From IMG/VR virus record IMGVR_UViG_3300005573_000073, positions 29,706 through 93,705 of that record: a stretch of 64,000 nucleotides of DNA; one strand, 5' to 3'. Positions 1 through 10,471 of this stretch are shown piece by piece. Within the stretch, counting starts at the first letter, position 1. Each line of letters begins with the position of its first letter. The DNA comes from a virus. A program made the position numbers and the translations under genes. The notes under the pieces were generated by a model. The model was not told the origin of the DNA and did not search any database. It was given only the letters and a program-made list of their open reading frames with translations.

Positions 1-1130
1 GCTTTAAGTGTTGTAGCATTGTAAGTATAGATTGCAAGCATTTTTCCAGAAGTTAATGGAATGACGGAAACTATCCAACTAGTAGTGGAAGTTGTTGAAA
101 GCTGGTATGGAAAACCGCTTCGAGTTGTCCATGTTCCATCATTAGTGCTCGACTTAATCACGTAAGGACAATAATTGTTGGTTAACCATGTGAAGTTTGT
201 TATTCGACTATTATAAGTAGTAGTATCATAGTAGAATCTGACTGTCCAAGTTTTAGGGGGTCCCGTTGCGATTGACAAATAAAAATAATAATAAACTGTC
301 CAAGTTGCAGAACTCAACGATTGAGTGCCTAACTGATTAGTTTGCCATGTTCCCAGCAGAGTCCAACCCCAAAACCCCCCACCACTATCCCATAAACTAG
401 TGTAAACCCTAACTACAATCGAGTCTGTTGATGCTAACGATGTTGCTGGGCAAGACCATGTAGAGCTTAAAATACCTGAACCACCTGAACCTGAACCAGA
501 TCGGTAAACTTGAGCTACGGGAGTGCCGCTTGTAATTTCCGTTTCACTTCCGCCACTAGTGCGTTTCCACACCCGAATTCCAAGATAAGCTCTACTAGCT
601 GTAGCTTCATAATCAGCATCAACATGTTGCTTGTATCCTGACGTTCCACTTTGACTAGTTAAAAGCGTTTCTGTGTTTAAACCATTAACGTTAGATAAGT
701 CACTGCGAAAATAACGGGTTTCAACAGTTTCTGCCTTGTCCTTATATCCAATCCAAGGACAACCATATGAATCAACAGAAACAAAAGGATGACTAACACT
801 GTTACCCGTTGTTGAAACAGTCTGCTCATTCGCTGACCATGTTATCGTTCCATCACTATTTGGTGTTCCTCGCCTATAATAAATAGAACTAACAGAAGCA
901 TAGGCATAATGTAAGTACGTTCCGTCAAACCACACGCTGAAGTTATATCCATACGTGCATGCTCTCACAGTTATAGCTGAACTCCATGTTGAACCATCGG
1001 TGCTCGTAGCGTAAACCATGTTTGTTCCATCAGTGTAGAAAACCCAGAAACGTCCATTAGCGTAGAAGCTTTTACGCTGGAAAAGATACTGCGTTGCGGA
1101 ACTTGCTGTGCTTGTTCCAACGACACTCAT
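1..1130 (-). CDS. Putative tail fibre / receptor-binding protein (runs off the left edge)
   Basis: Not in the ORF track. ATG at 1130, reads MSVVGTSTASSATQYLFQRKSFYANGRFWVFYTDG..., open to the window edge. S/T/G/W-rich with a BNR-like STDGSTWS motif; downstream of the tail operon. Confidence 0.7.
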   Translation of the reverse strand, partial: MSVVGTSTASSATQYLFQRKSFYANGRFWVFYTDGTNMVYATSTDGSTWSSAITVRACTYGYNFSVWFDGTYLHYAYASVSSIYYRRGTPNSDGTITWSANEQTVSTTGNSVSHPFVSVDSYGCPWIGYKDKAETVETRYFRSDLSNVNGLNTETLLTSQSGTSGYKQHVDADYEATASRAYLGIRVWKRTSGGSETEITSGTPVAQVYRSGSGSGGSGILSSTWSCPATSLASTDSIVVRVYTSLWDSGGGFWGWTLLGTWQTNQLGTQSLSSATWTVYYYFYLSIATGPPKTWTVRFYYDTTTYNSRITNFTWLTNNYCPYVIKSSTNDGTWTTRSGFPYQLSTTSTTSWIVSVIPLTSGKMLAIYTYNATTLK

Positions 1131-1213
1131 AGATCACAACATCGCCTATTTTTTTTATATTTAACCCTATTGCTTCGGTAAAAAAGGAATTAAATAAAGT
1201 TAGTAGATAGTTT

Positions 1214-1741
1214 TTACGTGCCTTGTTTGCATTGTATTTTAACTATCATTTGCAGGCTGTCGCCAGCATCCCAATTCATGTTTTCAGCAGCGAATGTTTG
1301 ACGCATCAGCATGGTTCCACTAGAGCTTGCATTAAACATGCCAACTTCTGTTACTGCACTTGATCCACTTAATCCATCTGCACTTGAAAATGTTGCAGTT
1401 AACTGTGCAGTATCATTGGTAACAGTGGTTGTTACTCTTGTGCCTGTTCCAGCTTTACGTTTAATTTCTGTTTGAAGTGCAGTGTCCGTTGCAGCAGCAG
1501 CATTTGTGCCTGTTCCTATGGCTATGTAATCAAAAGCTGTTCCGCCAACATCAGTTAACATTAAACCTGCAACTTCAGCGAAACCCGCATTTGTCATGCA
1601 GTTTTTCGGTTTCAAATGAAGAGCTTTCAATAATTTACTAACTAAAGTGTTGCTTTTGTAGTGTTTCTTGACGTTGCCGTTTTTGTCTCTTACGAAGTAT
1701 TCAATTTCATCAGCAATTTTAATATCATTTCTTTTACTCAT
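1214..1741 (-). CDS. Putative minor tail/virion protein
   Basis: FDYIAIGTGTNAAAATDTALQTE and TEVGMFNASSSG segments resemble tail-fibre-associated proteins; own BRE-TATA near 1781-1797. Confidence 0.6.
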   Translation of the reverse strand: MSKRNDIKIADEIEYFVRDKNGNVKKHYKSNTLVSKLLKALHLKPKNCMTNAGFAEVAGLMLTDVGGTAFDYIAIGTGTNAAAATDTALQTEIKRKAGTGTRVTTTVTNDTAQLTATFSSADGLSGSSAVTEVGMFNASSSGTMLMRQTFAAENMNWDAGDSLQMIVKIQCKQGT

Positions 1742-1810
1742 ATTTTTCCACCAGTTTAAATATTACATAGTTAATTAACTATTTAAATTTTATGGTTTTC
1801 ACTAACAATA

Positions 1811-2632
1811 TTACTGGGCATAAATGAATGTTAAAGTAACTTCCCATGGTTTTTCCCAGTTGATTTCTCCTTTCCATTCCGATTCCATTTCAACAAAGAA
1901 AGCGTTGGTTTCAATTTTATGAACTACATCTACAAGATAAACCCATGAATGATCTAATAGTAATTGGTTAAATGCCAATTTTTCAAGACCTGTCATCCTG
2001 CATATATATGTTACTTTATAAATTTGTTTATTCCAGAATGAAGTGATTAATTCTGGTGGTTGATTTATCCATTGTGGAAATTGCGTGTAATTTCGGATTA
2101 CACGTTCAAAATCAATTATAAAATCTAAAACATTACCACTTACAGAAACAAATGTTGGGTTAGCAGGCGTAAAACGATAAGATTTAACATCACGTAAACC
2201 TAATTTTTCTCTTAAAATTTTTATAAGTCCAGCACTTTTTACGTCTTTCAATCCAAATTTTTCTTCAAATAATTTAATAAATTCTTTATTTTGATTATCT
2301 TTAAAACCAATCATTTCTAAAATATCTTTCACTAAACCAACAGCGTAACTTTCAGCCAAACTGATTTTTTCAACAATATTCTTTATTACAATTGTTATTG
2401 TTCCATTCTCAATCATTTTTAATGAATCAGACATTTCCAAATTTTCATATACGATTACAGTTTTTTGGGTATATGATCGTAAACCAAAAGATTCTGTAAT
2501 AGTTTTGCTTATATCACTAGAAAATGAATCAACCATTTCCAAATTTTCATATGCTGTTTTAGTTATATCTGATTCTTCATAATCTAAAAAACCAAAAGTT
2601 TCTGTAATAGTTTTAGTTACAGTGTTTGGCAT
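1811..2632 (-). CDS. Putative tail protein with N-terminal degenerate repeats
   Basis: Repeats TKTITETFG/SKTITESFG and YENLEM x2. Start placed at the ATG overlapping the upstream stop (TAATG at 2634-2630). Confidence 0.55.
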   Translation of the reverse strand: MPNTVTKTITETFGFLDYEESDITKTAYENLEMVDSFSSDISKTITESFGLRSYTQKTVIVYENLEMSDSLKMIENGTITIVIKNIVEKISLAESYAVGLVKDILEMIGFKDNQNKEFIKLFEEKFGLKDVKSAGLIKILREKLGLRDVKSYRFTPANPTFVSVSGNVLDFIIDFERVIRNYTQFPQWINQPPELITSFWNKQIYKVTYICRMTGLEKLAFNQLLLDHSWVYLVDVVHKIETNAFFVEMESEWKGEINWEKPWEVTLTFIYAQ

Positions 2633-5600
2633 TATGTCACTGTCCATTTTGTTGAGTAATTATAGAAGTAAATAACTGCACGATTATTTGTTCCTCCATA
2701 AGCTGACAGATACATGTATAGTGGTCTAACTTCAATTGTTAAAATGTTATCAGCATGACACATGCTCGAAAACATCGGACTATTTTCATTGTCAAGATCG
2801 TAAAGATTATATATAACATTGTTGTTTCTAAATATTATTTTTCCATTTTTATCTTTAACATCTGCTTCTTTTTGTATAATTATTTTATATTTATGATTAG
2901 ACTCTAAATATGTGAGAAATGTTGATGTTGTATCGTCAGCATTGCCTGTTAAATTATATTCAGCATAGCACGAAAATAGTCCACCTTGTTTGACAATTTT
3001 AAACCAGAATCCAATTCCTGAAGTTTCATTTTTTAAACCTAAAATTGCATAATCACCATCTGTCCAAAATCGAAGATTTAAAGCATCTTCATTAAGAGCA
3101 AACTCTAATGTTAAAACAGGATCTTTGATCATTCTAATAAATTCGTTCTTAATATAAACTGTAAGTGGTTGTATTCCTCCGCTTGTTGGTCCATAAAGTT
3201 TGAATTCTTCACTACTTTTTACAAAAGTTCTTCCATGAACAGCTTCGAAAACTAGTTGGGCATTTGGATCACTTGTGTTTCCAAAGTTGGAAAAGTTACT
3301 TAACTCGGGATCATAACCCCATTTTATATCTCTAATGTCTCCTTTGGATGTTGCTTCTTTATTAGTTACACTTTTCTTGTATTCACTTGTTTTATCAATT
3401 TGTTCAGCACTTACATTATCAGTTCCATTTTGAGTCCAATCTGGCATTAGAACTCCAACTGTTGCCAAATTCTTAATTTGCTTCATTAATAATGCAAACT
3501 CGTCATCATCTCTATATTTAGGATAACCAAGTGTAAATGTAACTTGTTCACCATTTTCATCAATTTCTTTTTCTATATTTGTTAACCTGAAGTTTCCATT
3601 AGTGTTTGTTAATGTATCAACTATTTTAATTGTATCTCCAACATCATAACTTCCACTTGCATAACTATCATTTGCAACGTATGCTGTTATCTGATCTCGT
3701 GGATAAGCATTTTTATACAGATAAACTTTTCCAACTACTTCTGCAACTGAAGAATCACTTATACTTTTTTCACTTTCAACAGCTTCATAAAACGTTCTAA
3801 CATTATCCATAGCATCTTCGCTTAACACCCACTTACTAACATCTTGTTGTGTTTTTTGCTCACCTCTTCCAACAATATAAACTTTTTGAGCAGTATCTTC
3901 AATATACCTTTCTCTTTTAACACCACTTAAATGTGTTCCAGTAATGAATTGAATATTTGCAGACTTATCTGCTCCGTGACGATTTGAAATGTGTAAAGTA
4001 TTATTTTCATCATAATTTATCCACCATTCATATGGAACATATAATTCTCCAGATTCTTCATAACATTTCTCCACAACAAAATAAATTGCATCAAGCAAAC
4101 GTTGGCGAGAAATGTTTAATGGACCAACAGGAACATCAAATTTACTATCAATAACAATGTTTTTAATATATGGACCACCAGCATATGGTGGAGGAGATGA
4201 CGGTTCAGATTCGCCGTCAAGAAATGCTCTGTATTTTGTATCTTGAGTCTTATAAACATAAATTTGTGAAATAGCCCACGCATGCGGATCATCTTTTGTT
4301 ATTTCAATTCTTAATCTATCTGTTATAATAGGACTCCAACTGTGAATTATATCTCTAAAAACATTATTTTGACATTCAACTAATACACATGCACCATAAC
4401 TAACATCTAAACTGCTAATTTCGCCTAATGTATGAGTTGATGTTGTTGTATATGATCCTAAACGTGCATAATCCAATAAAAATGTTCCATACGCTGAATC
4501 ATAACATACCGCTTCAACATTAAAACAGTTTGGCGTTCCATTTACTGAAGAATTTAAACCCGTTTTTTCACATAATAAATGAGAAGTGTAACCTTCTAGA
4601 TAATATGCTTTAACAAATCCATTAGAAGAATCACTTGAAACATAGAGGCGAAGTCTATGCCAATATGATGGAACCAATGAGTAACTAGAAGACACTACCT
4701 CCCAATATGTTCCTGCATGACCATATATTACGACACGCCATCTATTTTGAAATATGGGCGTATCTTCTGGTCTTAACATTAAAGCACCATGCAACGCAAC
4801 GTTTTTATCTCCAGTTCCATTAACATCTTTATCGTAAATTTTTGCAAGAGTAACATAGCCAAAATATCCTGTTCCTGAAAGATGAACTTTCACTTGTGTA
4901 ATTCTAAAATTACTATCAGCCACATATGTGCATTGATAATAAACTAATTTTAATTTCATAGCATTAATTTTTTCAATTGTCATGGAATTAAGAAGCACAC
5001 TTGGAATAGCAATGGTTCGTTCCACATAACCGTTACTATCAGACCATACGTCACCAATATACTGATAACCGTTGCCATCGTTAAAATCTATGTAAACTTT
5101 AAGCTTCGCTGCACCAGTATTACTTGGATTATCATTTCCTCTGCATTTCACTATTACAACAGCAGAATCTAATTTAACGGCTCTATATTTTGAATCAAGA
5201 TCACTAAACTCCCAATGTTGATCATATTTTCCTTCACTTGTATGATTATTTGGTAAATATATATAAGAAGAATCACCATCATCAGTGCTTATATCTGAAG
5301 ACTTGTTTCCAGTAGATGACAACCAATCTGAATGATCAGATATAAAAGAGTTAGGAACTAGATCAACTTCCAATGATTCATGAGGAATTTCTGGAAGTTT
5401 AACGTAAAAATCAATATAACAATCTTTACTATCTTCAAATTCTTTTTCAACATATGCACCACCATTTTCATTTTCTGATACGTTAATTGAAAAAGATTTG
5501 AACCCATCAACTCTATCATTACTATAACCTATAATCGCATTACCAACTGATCCATGTCTTGTCCAATTAGTTAATGTAGATTCAAAACTATCAGAAAATT

Positions 5601-7299
5601 GTATTGCAAACTCTGACTTACCATACGTTAACGCTTGATAACGATACCTTAAATCATTAGCTGAAGTTGTTAATACCCACTGTGCAAGTAAAGAGCTATT
5701 GTTCATTTTTTCATCATTAAAAATTGAAACTTTAAAATTAGTTCCAGTCTTTGTAAAATGAACATAATACATTTGATTTAATGTTAAAGGTATAGAAGAA
5801 GTAGTTGTAGTTGCTGTTCCTTGTTTATTTTCACAAAACAAGATTAAATCATTATCAAGATTAGCAACAATTAATGCAATAAGATTCGAAGATAAATCAT
5901 TTTCTTGAGAATACAAATTACCTAAATAAGAACTTAAACAAAACGGAATAAAAGCATTTAGAGCAGGTTTACTATTAGATATTTTAAAAGAAAATTTCCA
6001 GTCAGCAGTAACAACATTAGAGCCATAATCTTTATAATAATAAGCAGATTCTAATGGATAATTGTCATGTGTAATAACTCTTTGAGTAGAATCTAAACTA
6101 ATATGACTGTTGGGATCAACTTCAACCCATCCATTTGAAGAATTCCATGGTGAAGTTGAAATTGCAGTTTCATCTGCATTTAAAATTCTATAATTTCTCG
6201 GATAACTATCATTGTCTGTTCTGCTTTCTATATAAATTCCAGTTACTGATTGTTTTGGAAAACTAACTTCAAACCAATCATTTGTGCTTTGTTCTCCAGA
6301 AATCATGTATGTGACTGATAAACATGCATATGTAATAAAAGATGCTAAATCACTTGATTTTTCTACAAATTTAATTTTTGCATTATTAATATCTGAAACT
6401 GTTGTTAAATAATTAGTTAGATTAAATTCGCTTGTTCGCCATGGATTATTAAATCCGCCTTTACCATAAATAGTGTAAAGATAATGCCATGCTTGAGTAG
6501 ATTCAACCCAAATATAACAATCATATGCTGAACGAATCCAAGACCAATACGTAAAATCAGGTTTCGATCTTACTCGTAAAGTAACATTTACAAGAGAAGA
6601 TAAATTTGTGGAAATACTTGAAAAACTGAAAATTGCAGAATCATCAATATGTCCTGTTGATTTTATATAATCATTATCATCATCACTATGAAGATACGGA
6701 CTTGTTCCATGCGTATTCCATGAATTTGAAACCACATTGTCAACAGCTAAAGTTGTGTATCTTTGTTCACCTGAATTTCTCCATTCATATCCACGTCTTC
6801 TCATAAGTGTAAAATCTGGATGTCCAGAAGCGGTTCTATAAGCATTACATGACATTCTTAATGTTCCATCAGTATTTTGAGTTGCTATACCCCATCCTTC
6901 TTTATTACTTGGATAACTTGCTACATCATCAGAAACTGGGGTTCTGCATAAAAACTTAATTAATTCTATTGCATTAACTCTTCCGAAAAAACCATAAGTT
7001 TTCTCTGTCATGTTACTGAAATCTTCAATATATTTTTTCCATAATATAACACTGACATCTCTGCCTTTCAAGTTTAAATATCGCCCATTAGAATCCCATG
7101 TTACTTCCATACTTTCAACATAACCCTTCCATTCCGTATATCCATCACGTTTAATTTCAACAGTATCCATAAAATTAATATCATCATAATATTGAATTGT
7201 AGCATCAAACTTTGTCGGACTAACCATATCTAATTTTCGTTCAAAACTTATATTTTTATATTTTCGTCCAATTTTATTAACTTCTATTGTCCATTTCAT
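2632..7299 (-). CDS. Large tail-tip / baseplate-hub-like protein with inserted beta-sandwich domains
   Basis: 1555 aa, directly after the tape measure gene. N-terminal hub-like segment (VEIKRDGYTEWKGYVE...LKGRD) and later YDVGDTIKIVD segment flank lectin-like inserts. Confidence 0.65.
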   Translation of the reverse strand: MKWTIEVNKIGRKYKNISFERKLDMVSPTKFDATIQYYDDINFMDTVEIKRDGYTEWKGYVESMEVTWDSNGRYLNLKGRDVSVILWKKYIEDFSNMTEKTYGFFGRVNAIELIKFLCRTPVSDDVASYPSNKEGWGIATQNTDGTLRMSCNAYRTASGHPDFTLMRRRGYEWRNSGEQRYTTLAVDNVVSNSWNTHGTSPYLHSDDDNDYIKSTGHIDDSAIFSFSSISTNLSSLVNVTLRVRSKPDFTYWSWIRSAYDCYIWVESTQAWHYLYTIYGKGGFNNPWRTSEFNLTNYLTTVSDINNAKIKFVEKSSDLASFITYACLSVTYMISGEQSTNDWFEVSFPKQSVTGIYIESRTDNDSYPRNYRILNADETAISTSPWNSSNGWVEVDPNSHISLDSTQRVITHDNYPLESAYYYKDYGSNVVTADWKFSFKISNSKPALNAFIPFCLSSYLGNLYSQENDLSSNLIALIVANLDNDLILFCENKQGTATTTTSSIPLTLNQMYYVHFTKTGTNFKVSIFNDEKMNNSSLLAQWVLTTSANDLRYRYQALTYGKSEFAIQFSDSFESTLTNWTRHGSVGNAIIGYSNDRVDGFKSFSINVSENENGGAYVEKEFEDSKDCYIDFYVKLPEIPHESLEVDLVPNSFISDHSDWLSSTGNKSSDISTDDGDSSYIYLPNNHTSEGKYDQHWEFSDLDSKYRAVKLDSAVVIVKCRGNDNPSNTGAAKLKVYIDFNDGNGYQYIGDVWSDSNGYVERTIAIPSVLLNSMTIEKINAMKLKLVYYQCTYVADSNFRITQVKVHLSGTGYFGYVTLAKIYDKDVNGTGDKNVALHGALMLRPEDTPIFQNRWRVVIYGHAGTYWEVVSSSYSLVPSYWHRLRLYVSSDSSNGFVKAYYLEGYTSHLLCEKTGLNSSVNGTPNCFNVEAVCYDSAYGTFLLDYARLGSYTTTSTHTLGEISSLDVSYGACVLVECQNNVFRDIIHSWSPIITDRLRIEITKDDPHAWAISQIYVYKTQDTKYRAFLDGESEPSSPPPYAGGPYIKNIVIDSKFDVPVGPLNISRQRLLDAIYFVVEKCYEESGELYVPYEWWINYDENNTLHISNRHGADKSANIQFITGTHLSGVKRERYIEDTAQKVYIVGRGEQKTQQDVSKWVLSEDAMDNVRTFYEAVESEKSISDSSVAEVVGKVYLYKNAYPRDQITAYVANDSYASGSYDVGDTIKIVDTLTNTNGNFRLTNIEKEIDENGEQVTFTLGYPKYRDDDEFALLMKQIKNLATVGVLMPDWTQNGTDNVSAEQIDKTSEYKKSVTNKEATSKGDIRDIKWGYDPELSNFSNFGNTSDPNAQLVFEAVHGRTFVKSSEEFKLYGPTSGGIQPLTVYIKNEFIRMIKDPVLTLEFALNEDALNLRFWTDGDYAILGLKNETSGIGFWFKIVKQGGLFSCYAEYNLTGNADDTTSTFLTYLESNHKYKIIIQKEADVKDKNGKIIFRNNNVIYNLYDLDNENSPMFSSMCHADNILTIEVRPLYMYLSAYGGTNNRAVIYFYNYSTKWTVT

Positions 7300-7305
7300 G
7301 ATTTA

Positions 7306-8121
7306 TCACTTTCTAACCCTCAAATTTCTACGAAGTGCTTTTCTTATTTCTTCGTCAATATCGTCAATATCAGCTTTAGTATGAACATTTTGAATAGTGA
7401 TTGGTAAATTCCAGACGTTTGTTCCTGCTTCTCCCCTGCTAATTTCATTGCCAACTTGTGTTGGCAAGTTAGTGTATGGATTATAAATTATTTCACCCTT
7501 ATGAATTTTTGCTAAACCAGTGTATGGAGCATAACGAGTTCCAGTTTGATATTCAGGAGTTGTAGCATTCATGCTTTCTTCCATAAGAGCTAAAGAAGCA
7601 GCAGCAGCTATTCCTCCCATTGCAGCAGCGATGGGAAATGCAGCACTTTTGGCAATATACACTGACCAGAATGCTATTGCAACAGCAGCAAGTATAGTAA
7701 TTAATGATGCAAGTGGACTTCGTAGTTGTTGTAAGATTAAATAAGCAACTGTAAAACCAGCAGTAAAAGCAGCCATTGATATAACTATTTGTTGCGTAGT
7801 TACATGTAAACCTCTTAACTCAACATTTAATACTTTTAAAACAGAAATTAACATTTCAAATCCTCCAAGCATCATCATCGTGTAACTTAAAGCATTCATC
7901 ATTGTTCCAGCAGTGCCTCCAACTTGTTGACCTAAAGCATTAAACATCATTCCCGCCATTAAAGCATATTGTCCCATCATCATGTGATGTTTAACAATTT
8001 GAGCTTCGGCACCTTTAAGTTTTTCCAAATCTGAAATAACTGCTGAAAAAATACGTCCAGTATAATTTATAGCACGAAGTGTTATCCAAATTGTCCGCAT
8101 ACCTCCTCCAGTCGCTGCCAT
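7306..8121 (-). CDS. Short tape-measure-like protein
   Basis: Ala/Gly/Met-rich hydrophobic helices; C-terminal YQTGT...TGLAKIHKGEII motif typical of tape measure C-termini; lies downstream of the tail chaperone. Confidence 0.65.
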   Translation of the reverse strand: MAATGGGMRTIWITLRAINYTGRIFSAVISDLEKLKGAEAQIVKHHMMMGQYALMAGMMFNALGQQVGGTAGTMMNALSYTMMMLGGFEMLISVLKVLNVELRGLHVTTQQIVISMAAFTAGFTVAYLILQQLRSPLASLITILAAVAIAFWSVYIAKSAAFPIAAAMGGIAAAASLALMEESMNATTPEYQTGTRYAPYTGLAKIHKGEIIYNPYTNLPTQVGNEISRGEAGTNVWNLPITIQNVHTKADIDDIDEEIRKALRRNLRVRK

Positions 8122-8132
8122 ATTTATTCACC

Positions 8133-9704
8133 TCAATACAACGCTTCTATAGCGTCCTCCGTAGCTTTTATTAATTCACTTTCATATTTATCAAAAGCAT
8201 TAGTTAAAAATGGAACACCAAACCACCATCGCCCATCAGGCATAACATGTCCATCGTGAACCCATGAATTACTTACTAAACATCCATTAACAACTAATGA
8301 ATGAGTATTAGCAACTTGAACATCCCATACAGTTGTCATTTTATGTTCTTTAACAATTTTACGTATTGGATAAGCAATATATTCATCTGTAATTAAACAA
8401 TATTTCCTTTCAATATTTCCTAACATAGGAAGAACACCATCTTCAATAATCTTATAAAATTCATCCATTTCATTACCAGTTATTTCAACAAGATACACGT
8501 CTTTCCAAGGATATCTATGTTGAACTCTAAAGGCTGGAGAAAAACCAAAACGTTCAAGAATAATTCTTGTCTGTTCAGCCAATAATCTGGAAACAATTCC
8601 AAGACGCTTTTTATTTTTGCCCTTTAAACCGTCTCCTCTAAATAAACCGCAAATTATTTCCCTCTGTTTTTCAATTGGTAAATATAAAAATTCTTGCGGT
8701 AAGTATTTCATTCCTGATTCGCCAAATTTTTTGTCTGGAAGATAAAACCGCTTAAAAAACTCAACTGCTTTAGAAGAACAAAAAGTTAATGTAAAACAGC
8801 CACCGTTAATGCCATTTTTACTTGTCTCATATGCTCGTTTGCCGAATTTTTCAAGCATTAAATTTTTTACATCATTAATAAATTCTGTTTCTAAATTATT
8901 AAAACTAAACCTAACATAATATTTTGAGTATATGTTTCCTTCAGCCAAAAAATAGCCTATTAATCTGCAAAGTTTATTATCGATACTTGGCATATCTTTT
9001 ACTTTGTTTAAACGTGGTGAAATTAAATAATCTCCAACTTTTAAATCTTTTGCTTCAATCATTTCAATTTTATACTCTTTATATAAACTGCAACTTTTAT
9101 ATATTCCCCATGGTTTTCTTCTATGATATTTACACGATGGACGACAATAATATATATAGCCTTTATGATATGGACATGGTTTGACTCGAATAGCAAAAAC
9201 ATGATGACTATCTGTTATTTCCAACGGAATATTCGACTTATAACGATAAATTTTTAAAATATCACCATTCCAATCTCGTTTTCTAATTCCCTCAACTTCT
9301 TCAAAATCTTCAAATGAATAAACTTTTATTCCTTCTTGCAATTCTGGAATAGAATAAACTTTGGGATTTGAAACAACAAAATTGTTTTCAGTAAAGCAAG
9401 CGTAGTCGCATGGACGACCAGTTTTAGGATTTATTACAAATGGATCTCCAGCCACTATAGAAGTATCATAAATTGTAATGGCTTTTTGTCCACCAAATGG
9501 CGGTCCTGCATTATCTACAATACGTATAGTTGACACAAGTGTTCCCGTATCTATTGGACATTCCATTATTGCTTCTTCAAGAATTTTATCCCATATTTCC
9601 GTTAAAGAATCATACCATTTATCTATCATCTCACGTTGACCTTTTGTTAAACTATATTTAACCATGTCTTTTGTTCCTGAATCTGTTTCTTGTAATCCAA
9701 TCAT
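8133..9704 (-). CDS. HK97 gp10-like neck/tail-completion protein interrupted by an intein
   Basis: Exteins join as CPIDTGTLVSTI...DYA|SWVHDG...PFLTNAFD (146 aa spliced), matching the gp10-like pattern. Confidence 0.7.
   Translation of the reverse strand: MIGLQETDSGTKDMVKYSLTKGQREMIDKWYDSLTEIWDKILEEAIMECPIDTGTLVSTIRIVDNAGPPFGGQKAITIYDTSIVAGDPFVINPKTGRPCDYACFTENNFVVSNPKVYSIPELQEGIKVYSFEDFEEVEGIRKRDWNGDILKIYRYKSNIPLEITDSHHVFAIRVKPCPYHKGYIYYCRPSCKYHRRKPWGIYKSCSLYKEYKIEMIEAKDLKVGDYLISPRLNKVKDMPSIDNKLCRLIGYFLAEGNIYSKYYVRFSFNNLETEFINDVKNLMLEKFGKRAYETSKNGINGGCFTLTFCSSKAVEFFKRFYLPDKKFGESGMKYLPQEFLYLPIEKQREIICGLFRGDGLKGKNKKRLGIVSRLLAEQTRIILERFGFSPAFRVQHRYPWKDVYLVEITGNEMDEFYKIIEDGVLPMLGNIERKYCLITDEYIAYPIRKIVKEHKMTTVWDVQVANTHSLVVNGCLVSNSWVHDGHVMPDGRWWFGVPFLTNAFDKYESELIKATEDAIEALY
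8268..9398 (-). mobile_element. Intein with LAGLIDADG homing endonuclease (377 aa)
   Basis: Starts CFTENNFV; block B ITDSHHVF; endonuclease blocks LIGYFLAEG and ICGLFRGDG; ends VWDVQV...CLVSN followed by Ser+1. Confidence 0.9.
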
Positions 9705-9907
9705 CTAAATGATCCTCCATGTAGATTTTTGGTTCTCTCGATTTCTTCCTGTTCTATTTGTGCTTTTTTTGCAATGTATGCTTGAATTAAATAAAAATCT
9801 ACAATACCATTTGGTTTTTTCAGTAATTTTCGAAGCTTGGAAGGTGTAATATGAAGGAACTCGCATACCATCATCTTCTGAAAGCCATAGTTGCTATTTA
9901 AAAATTT
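9701..9907 (-). other. Predicted -1 frameshift site (A AAT TTT, 9907-9901) and 66-codon GT-like extension
   Basis: The -1 frame reads LNSNYGFQKMMVCEFLHITPSKLRKLL...HGGSFR and stops at 9703-9701, overlapping the next ATG. Confidence 0.7.
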
Positions 9908-10365
9908 GTCGCAGCTACTCCCAACTCTTCAAACACTTTTTGAATGTGTGTTTGAAAGAGTTTAATAAAGTCAAAGGTTGCATGTTCTTTCCACCAAAGT
10001 GCGTCATGTTTAGGATTGACAATTAGTCTAGCCATTATGTCGAATAAAGCATTATTCATTTTTCTTGATATTTCAGGTGGAATATCTTCAAGTTTTTTTG
10101 TGCTATATGGCAAGAACTCTTCTGGAAACATTGATTCCATGTCAGCTTGTGTTGGACGTTTAACCCAGCACATTACTTTTCCAGTCAACGGATTAACTAT
10201 TGGATCCTGAATTCTGTTAAAATTTTCAAGTTCAAACTCTAGATCAACAGCATCTTGAACTAACTTCTGTTTCGCTTCTTCTTTTTCTTTCATCTGTTTA
10301 GCGAGTTCTTCTGGAGTTAACGACTTATATTTTTTTAATAGATTCTTTTCACTCATTAATCTCAC
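9898..10365 (-). CDS. Tail assembly chaperone (G-like)
   Basis: Upstream of the tape measure region; ends on a slippery heptamer with an open -1 frame. Confidence 0.65.
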   Translation of the reverse strand: MRLMSEKNLLKKYKSLTPEELAKQMKEKEEAKQKLVQDAVDLEFELENFNRIQDPIVNPLTGKVMCWVKRPTQADMESMFPEEFLPYSTKKLEDIPPEISRKMNNALFDIMARLIVNPKHDALWWKEHATFDFIKLFQTHIQKVFEELGVAATNF

Positions 10366-10471
10366 TTTTTTCCATAAATATAATTAGCAATCAGCTATAA
10401 AAATCTTTTCTTAACCAAAAAATTTAAATAGTTGCTTAACATATTAAATAATTGTTTAAATTGGTGATAGA

